64,000 bases of DNA from Eledone cirrhosa (Eukaryota), in assembly GCA_964016885.1 (NCBI GenBank), contig OZ024741.1, positions 271,870,001 through 271,934,000 of the forward strand, in the 5' to 3' direction. Position 1 is the stretch's first letter. Each line of letters opens with the position of its first letter. Made by a program: the position numbers and the translations under genes. The notes beneath the pieces are model-generated. The model had not been told where the DNA came from, searched no databases, and saw only the letters and a list, made by a program, of their open reading frames with translations. This document shows positions 1 to 11,635 of this stretch, piece after piece.

Positions 1-275
1 TATATATATACAACAAACATATATATATATATATATACGTTTGTTATATATATATATATATATATATATATGTTTGTTGTATATATATATGTTTGTTGTA
101 TATATATATATATATATATATATGTTTGTTGTATATATATATATATATGTTTGTTGTATATATATATATATATGTTTGTTGTATATATATATATATATAT
201 ATATATGTTTGTTGTATATATATATATATATATGTTTGTTGTATATATATATGTATATATGTTTGTTGTATATAT
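1..275. repeat. (TA)n microsatellite punctuated by ~9 copies of TGTTTGTTG plus one inverted copy (CAACAAACA, 11-19)
   Basis: Read directly; the motif equals the first bases of the adjacent RTE copy (gatgtttgttgtat). Confidence 0.9.
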
Positions 276-3200
276 AGATGTTTGTTGTATCCAAGAGACC
301 AGGTGGCGGTATGGGTCTGCTAGATTCATCGTGGGTAAAGAACGATGCTATAAGCTTTTCTGGGTGGGAAATGACAATGGGCTGGGTGGAATAGGAATCA
401 TGGTAGCAGAAAAGTGGGCAGATAAGATAATAGACGTAAATAGAGTGAACGACAGAATAATTAAAATAAGACTTGTCCTCAATAGAACTACTGTGACAGT
501 AATATCTGCGTACGCACCCCAATCCGGACTGCCCGGCACTATAAAAGACAGATTCTATGAGACACTGATGCTCACTACCTCCCAAATAACTGACACTGAC
601 TATATAATTATTGCTAGCGACCTAAATGGTCACTTTGGACAACATTGCGACGGCTATGACGGAATCCATGGAGGCTATGGGTTTGGTACTAGAAATGAGG
701 AAGGCTCCAGAATCCTGGAATTCTGTGACGCAACCTAACTATCTGTAACACTAACTTAAAAAAACGAGACAATCACTTGATCACCTATAGATCGGGGGAA
801 CACACAAGCCAGGTAGATTATATCCTTACCAGGAGACGTGACAGAGTGTCTGTTGTAAACACTAAATCCCTCCCCCATGAAGAATGCACGTCTCAACATA
901 CTCATAATTAGCGACCTCATAGTCAGGACGAGACGTATTCGACAACAGAAGAGGACTATCCTCAGGAGAAAAATATGGAAATTAAAGGACCCCCACAGCC
1001 AGTAATAAATTTAAAAGCATATTACTTGATGCTTTTGATAGTAAGGAAGAGCAATTAGATTTGTACAATATAGAGGAACAGTGGGAATTCCTGAAAGCTA
1101 ACCTGCTGAAGGCGACAGATGAAACCTGTGGCTGGAGCAGGCCTATAGGCAGGAGGAGAGTAACTTGGTGGTGGAACTGTAAGGTGGAGAGGTCAATCAA
1201 GGCCAAATAGCAGGCTTGGAAAGCATGGCAGGATGGGGGAAGTAGAGAAAACTATCAAGTGGCCAGGAGGGAAGCTAGGAGACAAGTGTACTTCACAAGA
1301 AGGGAAGCAGAGAAAAGAAAGTTCAAGCATGTTCTACAACGTGAGGACCAAAAACGTGAGGTGTTCAGGATTGCTAGGCAATGTGTCAAGGAAAACAGTG
1401 ATATTGTCGGGGAGAAGTGTGTCCTTAATGATGATGGTGTACTTGCCATCACTGACGCTGATAAGAAGGTAGCTTGGAAGTGTCACTACGAAAGCTACTA
1501 AATGAGGAGAATAATTGGGAGAAAGACAGTCTCCCCCACATCGACCCAATAGAGGGACCAGCAGTGCAAGTTGAAGGTAGTATAATAAGTAAGGCGATCA
1601 AAGACATGAAGATGGGCAAGGCGGCCGGGCCTTCGGAAATAGTTGCCGAAATGCTCAAAGCATCTGGAGGCATTAAACTATAGAGGCATTAAATTAATTG
1701 ACCAGGTCATGAAGGTCACAGAAAAAGTAATAGCGCAACTAATCAGAGAGCGAATTGATCTAGACGAAATGCAGTTCGGGTTTGTGTCAGGTAAAAGTAC
1801 AACAGACGCTCTTTTCATTGTACGACAACTACAGGAGAAGTACCTAGCTAAAAGTAAACCCCTATACTTAGCTTTTGTTGACTTGGAGAAAGCCTTTGAC
1901 ATAGTACCCCGCTCGATTATCTAGTGGGCCCTTAGAAAACTAGGTGTTGATGAATGGCTTGTGAGAGCTATACAAGCCATGTATAAAGAAACAGTCAGCA
2001 AGGTTAGAATTAACGAATATAGTGAAGAGTTTAGCGTAAAAGTTTGTGTTCATCAGGGCTCCGTCCTTAGCCCCCTACTATTTATTATTGCCCTTCAGGC
2101 TATAACAGAGGAGTTCAAGACTGGCTGCCCATGGGAACTCCTATATGCAGATGATCTAATGCTCATAGCTGAATCAATGGACTAGAGAAGAAATTCCAAA
2201 CATGGAAGCATGGCCTAGAATCAAAAGGCCTTAAAATTAACCTGGCTAAGACTAAAGTTCTAGTTTGTAGGAAGGAAAATAGGGCACTGGTCCCATCTGG
2301 GAAATGGCCATGCTCAGTGTGTAGGAAAGGAGTAGGTAGAAACTCCATTTTATGTCCCAAATGCAAAGTATGGGTACATAAAAGATGTAGTGGGATCACA
2401 GGTAAGCTAACTAAGAATATAGATTTTATATGTGGCCGGTGCTTTGGTGCAATAAGTAGCAGCAAGTGCCCACAATACTAGCTCATTCCATTGCACAGAT
2501 GGTTCTATAGAAATAGTGGACAGCTTCCGTTACCTGGGTGACAAAATCAGCAGTGGGGGAGGGTGCTCTGAAAGTACAGTAGCTAGAGTCAGAACGGGAT
2601 GGAAAAAGTTCAGAGAGCTTATACCACTATTGGCCGCTAAAGGGTTCTCTCTAAAAATGAAAGGCAGGCTGTATGATGCCTGCATACGAACAGCAATGTT
2701 ACATGGCAGTGAGACCTGGGCATTGTGTGCAGAGGATATACGCAGACTGGAGAGAAACGAAGCTTGCATGCTCCATTGGATGTGTAATAGTAATATATGT
2801 GAACGGCAAAACTAAGGGAGAAATTAGAAATAAGAGGATCAGATGTTGTTTACTCGAGAGAAGACTACGTTGGTATGGTCACGTGATGCGCATGAAAGAC
2901 GACAGCTGTATAAAAAAGTGCAGGGCAATAAAAATAGACGGTAGCCCCGGAGTAGGCAGACCCAGAAAAACCTGGGACGACTTGATAAATTCCGACCTCA
3001 CACACTTACACCTCTCCAAGACAATGTCACTGGACCGAGAGCTTTGGCGCTAAACAGTAATAGAGTAGACCCGCCTTGCCTAAGTGCAAAGTGAAACCTA
3101 CTACAGTCAGTAGGCACCTCTAACAAAATACACCCCTGTCCCACTACCTCCACCCCATCCACACCACCCCTTTGAATGTAAAGTTATGTTGGTACCACAA

Positions 3201-3468
3201 CATCCAGCCCGAAACAAATGAGGTCGTGTAGGTGTCATGACAAAAAAACACACAGTCCACGCTGTAATGTGGCCGTGTAGGTAACAGGGTAAAAACCTCC
3301 CAGTTCCACACTGTAAATGTGGTTGGTGTTAGGAAGGGCATCCAGCCGTAGAAAACCCGCCAGACAGTCCTATGCGAGCAAGACAACCACTCTTGCCTCA
3401 AGTGGGAAAACTCCCATCCAAACCCATGCGAGCGTGGAATATGGACGTTAAACGATGATGATGATGAT
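276..3468 (+). mobile_element. RTE-clade LINE family A, copy A: 5'-truncated, decayed (APE endonuclease, RT, PHD-like finger, 3'UTR, (GAT)n tail)
   Basis: ORF fragments DVCCIQETRW..SAYAPQ..DLNGH (AP endonuclease), [30 protein letters not shown] (RT), RLRWYGHVMRM; many frameshifts and stops; ends ggacgttaaacgatgatgatgatgat. Confidence 0.95.
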
Positions 3469-3480
3469 ATATATATATAT

Positions 3481-3725
3481 AGCTTAAACAGCTGGAGCGC
3501 TTTCACCAGCAGTTTCTTCGTTGACTCTTGGGCCTACACTGAAAGATGTATGTCAGTGATGTTGAGGTCCTTGAAAGAAGTCACTGTAAGAGTATCGAGT
3601 TAACTTGCAACATTGTTTCAGACAGGTTGGTCATGTGGTTAGAATTGAGGACTCTAGGTTACCCAAACAACTCCTTTACGCTGAGCTGAGGGATGACAAA
3701 CGTTCACCTCATAAACCTAAGCTCT
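3481..3725 (+). mobile_element. Degenerate internal fragment of a family D-like RTE
   Basis: Manual translation LKQLERFHQQFLR*..VSDVEVLE..GHVVRIEDSRLPKQLLYAEL..PHKPKL matches the end of the 21287..22213 ORF. Confidence 0.85.
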
Positions 3726-3779
3726 TTCATGATTTATGCTTCTTTCACTAAATTTACACAACTGTTCTGAAAGAACTTA

Positions 3780-4051
3780 GCACCCCCACACAGTAAAGTG
3801 TAGGTATCATGGCAAAAAGCACCCAGCCTACACTATAAAGTGGTTATGTTGGTGTTAAGACAAAAAGCACTCAATACACACTGTAAATGACGTTGGCATT
3901 AGGAAGGGCATTCAGCTGTAGAAACCAACCCAGAAATAGTTCTGTATGAGCAAGACACTTTCACCTGACCCCCACTTGCTTCAAACGGAACAACCCGTCT
4001 AACCCATGCTAGCGTGGAAAATAGATGTTCGACAACAACGATGATGATGAT
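3780..4051 (+). mobile_element. 3' half of an RTE-tailed SINE / non-autonomous element
   Basis: aaaaagcaccca..cactgtaaa subrepeats, ttaggaagggcattcagctgtagaaacc, aacccatgctagcgtggaa stem-loop, (GAT)n tail. Confidence 0.8.
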
Positions 4052-4149
4052 ATATATGTGTGTGTGTGTATATATATATAATACAGAAGACCTGACCCCC
4101 CCCCCCCCACGGGTACAAGCCGAAGCTGAAGCATATAGACAATGTGCCT

Positions 4150-4428
4150 CCACCCCTTCCCACTGCAAAGTGGTCGTAGAGCTCCATGGCAAAAAAGCAC
4201 CCATCCCACACTGTAAAGTGGATGTGTAGGCGCTACGGAAAAAAAGTACCCAGTACTCACTGTAAATGAGGTTGGTGTTAGGAAGGGCATCGAGCTGTAG
4301 AAATCAAGCCAGAATCAGTTCCTGTATGAGCAAGACATGGTCAGCCGACCGGCTACTGCCCACAACAGGACAACCCGTCTAACCCATGCTAGCATGGAAG
4401 AACGGACGTAAAACAGTGATGATGATGA
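4150..4428 (+). mobile_element. 3' half of an RTE-tailed SINE / non-autonomous element (second copy)
   Basis: Same motif order as 3780-4051; ends aacccatgctagcatggaagaacggacgtaaaa..(GAT)n. Confidence 0.8.
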
Positions 4429-4751
4429 TATATATATATATAGAAAATAAATAGGATTTCGCTTCAAGCATAACTTTATACAAATATGTATAGAAATTTC
4501 GTATTTCTAAAGAAACACGGTTTTAGGAAGCCGTAGCTATGCAAACACCGGGGCTAATGCAGAAGCAAGGGGGACAAGCGTCTATGCATTTCAGGCTTGC
4601 CTGGCCTTCTTCAGGACAGTCCCTCCCACCGCTTGCTACTGTTGGACTTGAAAACAGTCGAGAATATATAGTTTTCTCATCTGTGTAAATGAGGTGATTA
4701 ATCTCATTTGCATATGAAGCTGCATAAGTTGGCTCAACTTATAATAGAAGA

Positions 4752-4896
4752 GAGTGCTTTATCTGCTTACACCTTAATTTATTGAGTGAGAACACTCAGA
4801 GAAATATACATGTAAATAAACAATAACAATACTATATATATATAAATGACAACTATATCTCTGTGTAAATTATGGTGTAAGCAGGATAAAGCACTC
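4752..4896. mobile_element. Small MITE-like element with ~30-bp inverted repeats
   Basis: gagtgctttatctgcttacaccttaattta (4752-4781) is near reverse-complementary to taaattatggtgtaagcaggataaagcactc (4866-4896). Confidence 0.6.
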
Positions 4897-5441
4897 GACA
4901 TTGGCTGTATGTATCCACGATTGATATGGGAATACATCTAACACAAATAAATGTTAAGGCCGGTTTGTGTAATTACATAATTTATGTATACATTTCAGTA
5001 TGATTAAATCAAAATATGTTTTAAAATTTTGATTATTAAAGTATAACTTTTACAGACGTTCTCATTAAATTATATTTTTAACTTCACATTTTTGGTGGTT
5101 GATAAAATAAGATACCAGTCACATATTGGTCTGATTCAATTAACTATACTCCTCTTCTCTCAGAATTTCTCACCTTGTACTAAAGTTAGTAATCATTTTT
5201 ATAGGGAGACCTCATGAAAGGTTTACTGTTTCTATAACAAATATGATTTTAACTTTTTCTTGCATTTTCTCGATCAAGCTAGCCATTATGTTAGATCTGT
5301 ATTTAAAAGCGTGACAAGTGTTGCTCTGAGACAACCAACCTTAAATGAGCCAAGTTGGTCACATCCCTTAGGAATAGCAATGTTACACAAGCCAAGTTGT
5401 TAAATTCCTATGAAACTACTAACTGGAAATTATCCAATACA

Positions 5442-5590
5442 TTTAACCCTTTTGTTAGTATGTTTCTAATGTGTTTCAAATAATTTAGAAAATAATGAAG
5501 AATTTGCATAGATTTAGTAATATAACTAACTTTCTTGTTAAGTTGGTGTTTACAACATAATTTAACAAAAGCTTTTAAGACTAAATGTTA
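5442..5590 (+). mobile_element. Remnant of a dispersed AT-rich repeat starting TTAACCCTTT (piggyBac-like end); related segments in opposite orientation at ~50490-50610, ~53795-53950, ~62010-62172
   Basis: Shared core tttagtaatataact..ttaagttggtgttt versus aaacaccagcttaata..agttatattactaaa; TTAA followed by CCC resembles piggyBac termini. Confidence 0.45.
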
Positions 5591-5606
5591 ATTATGTATA
5601 TATATA

Positions 5607-5900
5607 TCATCATCATTGTTTTTGTGTTCATTTTTCCATGCTTGCAAGGGATGGACGAGTGTTTTTCAGTGCCGCATCTCTCCACTCACCGCATTCCTTC
5701 GTCATCAACTCTGAGAGTCTGAGATTTGAGGTCAGCTCTCATCACCTCTGCCCAGGTCTTTCTTAGTTTACCTCTACTGTAGCTTCCTTCCACTGAGATT
5801 TCCTGCCACATCTTCAACCAGTGATCGTCATCCATGCGCATCAGATGTCCATACCAACACAGTTTTCTCTCCTGCGCACCACCTCGGATTCCTCTTACAT
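5607..5900 (-). mobile_element. RTE family J 3' fragment
   Basis: ORF 5686..5946 RGIRGGAQERKLCWYGHLMRMDDDHW..RGKLRKTWAEVMRADL is homologous to ORF 9959..10216; (ATC)n tail at 5607. Confidence 0.85.
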
Positions 5901-6204
5901 ATAAAAAGAAAAAAATCTGTTTTTTTTGTTTGTTACCTATAGACATCTGTGAAGTGTTAGGATCTTCCCAACATCTTCATAGTGAAGACCATTTGCTAAG
6001 ATAGCTAATGACATTTGGAAATTTGGGGATGGATTTCAACCAAATTTGGCATTTCAAATATAATCACAACCACAAGTATCTATATTTTGGATTGGTTCCT
6101 TTTATAAGAATGGAAGTGTAGAGGGAGAGGTCCACCCATGCAATGCCGGGTAACTCAACTAGTTTATAATAAAATATTCAGTGAATGCTTTGTTTCTGTT
6201 TCAG

Positions 6205-6453
6205 GTTATAACAGGTGGCAGCTATGATGTTGATATGGAGCTTTCAGCCCCAAATGGTCAGATACTGTATAAAGACACTAAGAAACAGTATGATACTTTC
6301 ACGTGGACAGCTGACCAAACTGGCGTGTATAAATTCTGCTTTAGTAACGAGTTCTCTACGTTCTCGCACAAGGTTGTCTACTTTGACTTCCAAGTGGGTG
6401 ACAAGGCTTCTCTCACTGCTGATATCGACAAACATGCCACAGCACTTACTTTG
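6205..6453 (+). CDS. TMED7: Internal coding exon of a p24-gamma (EMP24/GP25L, GOLD domain) cargo receptor, TMED7/TMED3-like; 249 bp, phase 0/0
   Basis: [69 protein letters not shown] matches the TMED7/TMED3 motifs VITGG.YDVD and [22 protein letters not shown]; acceptor tttgtttctgtttcag ends at 6204, donor gtgagt starts at 6454. TMED7 versus TMED3 cannot be resolved from one exon. Confidence 0.92.
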
Positions 6454-7221
6454 GTGAGTATATCATTACACTTTTACAACTATTAACTGCATTATAGGTT
6501 TTGGTCCTTAAAACAGGAGACCTGTCTCGTAATATACCCTGCTTGCTTTATTCTATTCAAGTGACCACTCATTGGTTCTTTTCCACTTCCAAATTTAACT
6601 ACTTTTTTCATTTATTTGTCTACTACTGCTTTTTAACACCGTTGCATGTTGAATTTTCTTTTGCATTGATGATTGTCATTTAATATTTTATTTTATATAC
6701 TTTCATATTGAATCTTTTTATTATCATTACTATTACTACTTGTTTTGGGGAATTAATTTTATGACAATAAAATTGACAGTGACTGTACTGTGTATATATC
6801 TCTGTCATAAAAGTTCAGGCTTAAGGTTTGTCTGTGACTGTGTTTTACTGTTAAACACAGGGACTCTCAAACTTTTAGACCATTGAAACCTTACATGGAA
6901 TCCTTGGCCCTTTTGTCAATCCCAGGCATGTTCAAAAATAAAGTCTAATCAACCATAATATGCCAAGTGTGTTTATATATTTATTTTTATATCTCCATCT
7001 GTAACTCTTTAAAATTTACACAAACATACAATGTATTTCCTATCTCAATCTTGTTACAATAAGTTCATTTTCCAGTCAAAAGGTCCTGGGTTCTAACTTT
7101 AAATTTGTTCTTTTAAATAGTTATTTCTCCGAGGTTACTCATATATTTAATCCTCTGTGATTTGTACATATAGGCTTAACATTTATGTAATTATATCTGA
7201 GAAACAGATTAATAAAATATC

Positions 7222-7420
7222 AAAATAGAAATATAAGCTTCGCTATAATATTTTTTACTATAATATAGTCTGATAAAGGGCCATATAAACCCACTGAACA
7301 GAAAAAGATGGGTATCGAACGTATGGGTGTTGATACCCATTTTTTTTCATTCTCTGGATTTATATGCCCCATTATTAGACTATATTATAGTCAGAAATAT
7401 TACAGCAGAGCTATTTCGAT
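7222..7420. mobile_element. Imperfect palindrome (~90-bp arms), hairpin MITE-like
   Basis: gctataatatt..actataatatagtctgataa..catataaaccca..gatgggtatc pairs with gatacccat..tggatttatatg..ttattagactatattatagt..aatattacagc. Confidence 0.75.
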
Positions 7421-7550
7421 TTCAATTCTACATTTTACTCGCCACATTCCAAACATACTTCCTTAATAAAATATCTTAATAAAAAATCACTTCCAATATA
7501 AAGTAAAGGATAACCCAAATTTTCCAGTTTGTTTGACTGTTCATATATTC

Positions 7551-7830
7551 AGTAATCCTGGTGTATATGGAGAACCAACCCTGGACTCCAATAAGTAAAT
7601 ATATTCAACGCTTTGGCTGTCATCAGTGACAGCACTTGTCCAGTAGTCCTGGTATATATGAAGAACCGATCTTCGACTCCAATAAATTAAATACATTCAA
7701 CACTGTTGCTGTCATTGATGGCACTGGTCCACTAGTCTTGGTATATATGGAGAACCAACCCTGGACACCAAAAATATGCATTCAACGCTATTGCCATTGT
7801 TACTGATGGCACAGGTCCACTAGTCTTAGT
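7551..7830. repeat. Diverged tandem repeat, ~90-bp unit x3
   Basis: Unit agtagtcctggtatatatggagaaccaaccctggactccaa..ttcaacgct..tgatggcactggtcc restarts at ~7551, 7642, 7731 and 7819. Confidence 0.85.
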
Positions 7831-8386
7831 AATAATATTCCAAGCTTGATGTTTGTCTATAACTGTGTTGACTGTTAAATACAGGATCATGAGACTTAGA
7901 TCAGTGGACCAATTCATGAAAATAAATAAATAAATCATTAAACAGAATCTAAGATAAAGCAGACAACAACAAAGACTAATTATATACATATCAAAAACCT
8001 ATATAAGCAAGTTGTATTTTATTGTATTTTATTTTATGCATTTTCATTTCTTGTGAAGTGTAATAAACATAAGACTCCTGCTTTTCAGCTATTGTAAAAT
8101 ATATATAGTTTTGAAATGTAGTCCTCCCATTGTTAATGACTATAATAATAGTGAATCACTATAAATAATAGTTGAGAAAAATGGGTGAAGTGACCGTTGA
8201 GAAGAAAAAAGGGTAGACAGATGTGCACTGGAGCTAGTGGTATCGACCATAAAGTACCAAACCATGATGACCTCCGACAGTTGACTGAGAAGGGACTGTA
8301 CTGTGTTTTGTCCATTTTTCCCTTATCTTTACTCACTGAGTTTGATTCATTGTATGATCTTAACCATGCAGGACACGTTTTCAAAT

Positions 8387-8810
8387 TTATATATATACAT
8401 ATGTATGTATGTATGTATATACCTGTATATATGTGTATGTATATGTGTATGTATATGTATATGTGTATGTATGTGTATGTATGTGTATGTGTATGTATGT
8501 GTATGTATATATATGTGTATGTATATATATGTGTATGTATATATATGTGTATGTATATATATGTGTATGTATATATATATATGTGTATGTATATATATAT
8601 ATATGTGTATGTATATATATATATATGTGTATGTATATATATATGTGTATGTATATATATATATATGTGTATGTATATATATATATATGTGTATGTATAT
8701 ATATATGTGTATGTATATATATATGTGTATGTATATATATATGTGTATGTATATATATATGTGTATGTATATATATATGTGTATGTATGTATATATGTGT
8801 ATGTATATGT
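8387..8810. repeat. (TA)n/(TATG)n microsatellite
   Basis: Direct inspection. Confidence 0.98.
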
Positions 8811-9086
8811 GGAGGCACGTGGCCTAGTGGTAAGAGTGTTGGACTTACGATCATAAGGTCGTGGGTTCGATTCTTGGGCTGCGTGTTGTTCTTGAGCAAA
8901 ACACTTCATTTCACGTTGCTCCAGTATACTCAGCTGAAAATGCGTACCAGCAATAGTTGGAGGTTTAACACTGCGATGGACTGGCATCCTGTCCAGGGGG
9001 GAGTCTTGTTTCTGTCGCTTCACGCCATGAAACCGGGATAAGCACCGGCCAAATGAGCCTTCTGGCTTAAGACAGACTTTAGACTT
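8811..9086 (+). mobile_element. tRNA-derived SINE with CORE-like domain (Arg-like head)
   Basis: A box TGGCCTAGTGG, anticodon-like loop TTACGAT, B box GGTTCGATTC, CORE-like cttgagcaaaacacttcatttc..cagctgaaaatg, tail gactttagactt. Confidence 0.88.
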
Positions 9087-9240
9087 TTTAGATGTATATG
9101 TATATATATATATGTATGTATCATCATCATGTATATATATGTATATGTATATATATATATGTGTGTGTATATATATATATATGTGTGTGTATGTATATGT
9201 CATCATCTTCATTTAACGTCCATCTTCCACGCTGTATATA

Positions 9241-9870
9241 AATAAATGTAATCTGAGTTTTTCGAATATTAATAATATTCGATTCGTTTTCAATTATGCA
9301 AACAAGCCTCAATTTTATAGCCATGTCAGTAGAATGAACCCTTCATTCTTGCTCTTGTGTTGGCATGTGAACAGAACTGCAGACACTAATGTTTCTGGGC
9401 ATCACCCTTCATCAGTACAGTTCACTGCTCACCTGCCAAACTGTCAGAGCTAGTGAAAATATATGCTATTTTCAAAAATACACAGTGACTGATTGGCCTG
9501 ATTTGCATATTAGCAGACTGGCTGATCAGTCAGATCTGCATATTAGCAGATCCACTGATCAGCCAGATTTGCATATCAGCAGACTGGCCAGTCAGTTTCC
9601 TGTATATGAGCGATAATTGGCCGCCTTTGCCAAATTCAAATAAAAAAGAAAATTTTTCACTCTACATGGCTGAATACAATAAATGTAATCTGAGTTTTTC
9701 GAATATTAATAATATTTGATTTGTTTGCAATTATACAAACAAGCCTCAATTTTATTGCCATGTCAGTAGAATGAACCCTTCATTCTTGCTCTTGTGTGGG
9801 CATGTGAACAGATGTTGGCATTGCAAACGAATAGAATGTTATTAATATTCAAAAAACTGAGATTACATTT
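9241..9870. mobile_element. Non-autonomous DNA element pair: long copy (9241-~9675) and short TIR-bounded copy (~9680-9870)
   Basis: ~135-bp direct repeat at 9241 and 9678; its first ~50 bp (aaatgtaatctgagtttttcgaatattaataa) recur inverted at ~9822-9870. Confidence 0.7.
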
Positions 9871-10234
9871 GATGTGCAATGCTAATGTGCATGAACGACC
9901 AAGCATAGATGAGTTGAGAAAGAAACTGGGTATAAGAGGGATACGTTGAGGTTGTGGGGTGCAGGAGAGAAGGCTGAGATGGTATGGACATGTGATGCGC
10001 ATGGAGGATGACCGCTGGGTAAAGAAGTGTCAAGAAATACCAGTAGAAGGAAGACGCAGTAGAGGTAGACCACGAAAAACATGGGTGGAGGTGGTGAGAG
10101 CAGACCTCAGATCATTGAAACTCACCGAGGAGAAGACGAAGGACCGTGACAAGTGGAGAGATGCTGTGCTGAATAGGACCCGTCCAGCTCTTGCAAGCAG
10201 GGAAAAGTGGACGTAAAATGATGATGATGATGAT
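9871..10234 (+). mobile_element. RTE family J 3' fragment; ORF runs into the terminal stem-loop
   Basis: MCNANVHERPSIDELRKKLGIRGI..QERRLRWYGHVMRM..RGRPRKTW..ASREKWT* followed immediately by (GAT)n. Confidence 0.92.
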
Positions 10235-10600
10235 GTGTATGTATATATATAGAAATTGAAAAGAATGAAACAAAATTTCATTTCTCACTCTTAGTACGGC
10301 TGATACCTAAATATAAGTATGTATACGTACATACTTATATGTGTACAGACGCACAGTAGTATGTATATATATACATAGATGCACACATATATATATATGT
10401 ACGTATAGGTTTACCGAACATTTATTATAATGTTTGGTTTGTTTGTAAACAAACAGCCCGAATTACGCAGTACAGTGCTCGGCAACCATCGTCGCCCTTT
10501 TGTTCAACACTGACACAGGAACGATGTACTAGTTTCAAGCTTATTAGCTATCGTCAGCATCGTATACCTTTCTGTCAGATGATTGAACATCTGAAAGTAT

Positions 10601-11587
10601 ACACAAGTTTCATCAGTAGCCTGCAGTAAGTTGTCACGTAAGAAATTCCAGTTATTATCTATGTCAGACGTCTCTAAATTGTCTTCTTTTTCATCATACA
10701 CATCTTGAAGGGCTTTCCGAAATTTGTATTTTAGTGAAAGGTCTTTTAGCTTCCAGACCTTTCTTCTCCACACCTTCCTGTATGTCTCATTCCATCTCTT
10801 GCTTACGGAGATATCACTAACGACTAACCTATGCTGTGGGGTACATTCTTCCCCAGGGTATGCCTTGGTATTAGACACTATCTGCCTGTCCCACTGCCTA
10901 ACTAGTAAGAAGTCAATCTGGCGTATGTGCTCGCCTGATTCGTAGGTTATTAGGTGGTTGGCAGGTTTCTGGAAGTTAGTGTTGCAAATAGTCAGTGTAC
11001 TTGCATCACAAAATTCAAGAAGTCTCACTCCTTCTTCATTTCTTGAGCCGTAACCATACACACCGTATACCCCAGTGTAACCATCCTGGAGCTGTCCAAA
11101 ATGACCATTGAAGTCCCCTCCGAGCATAATGATGTCTCCGTCCTCTGTCATTGCGGCTGTTTGTAAAAGTTTCTCGTAAAAGCAGTCTTTCTCTTCTTTG
11201 CCTAGGGCTGCTTGGGGAGCATAAGCAGAGATGATTGTCAGTAGTCTCCTGCCTACAACTAATCTAAGCTTAGTTATTCGATTATTAACTCGAACTACCT
11301 CTATTGTCTTATTGATCCATCTCTCAGCCAGGAAAATGCCTACTTCCCCTAACCCATCATCCTTACCTACTCAGGAAAGCTTATAGCTAAGACGTTTGCC
11401 TACGACTAGTCTCGCAGAGGCACCTCTCCATCTTACCTCTCGCATGCAGCACACATCCACATGCCTTCTCTCCAGCATCTCCACTATTTCACCAGATCTA
11501 CCTGTGAGAGTGCCAACATTAAGTGTGGCAACTCTGAGATGCGACGTCTTCATATTTTTGTTGTTCCTATAGATTTGTTGCTGTGCT
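10601..11587 (-). mobile_element. RTE endonuclease region of a family distinct from A (possibly the 5' part of family J), decayed
   Basis: LRVATLNVGTLTGRSGEIVEMLERRHVDVCCM; GGDFNGHFG..GYGSRNEEG..ITYESG..QIDFLL..ECTPQHRLVVSD. Confidence 0.9.
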
Positions 11588-11635
11588 GGGTATTTTGTTA
11601 GATGCCTACTGGCTGTAGTAAGTTTTACTATGTAT

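Noticed and set aside
6181-6486. ORF-track boundaries for the p24 protein
   Set aside because: MNALFLFQ and the residues after ALTL are intronic; splice signals define 6205-6453.
8811-8885. tRNA genes (also at 55241 and 61676)
   Set aside because: A/B boxes are present, but no intact acceptor stem was seen and they run into CORE-like SINE bodies.
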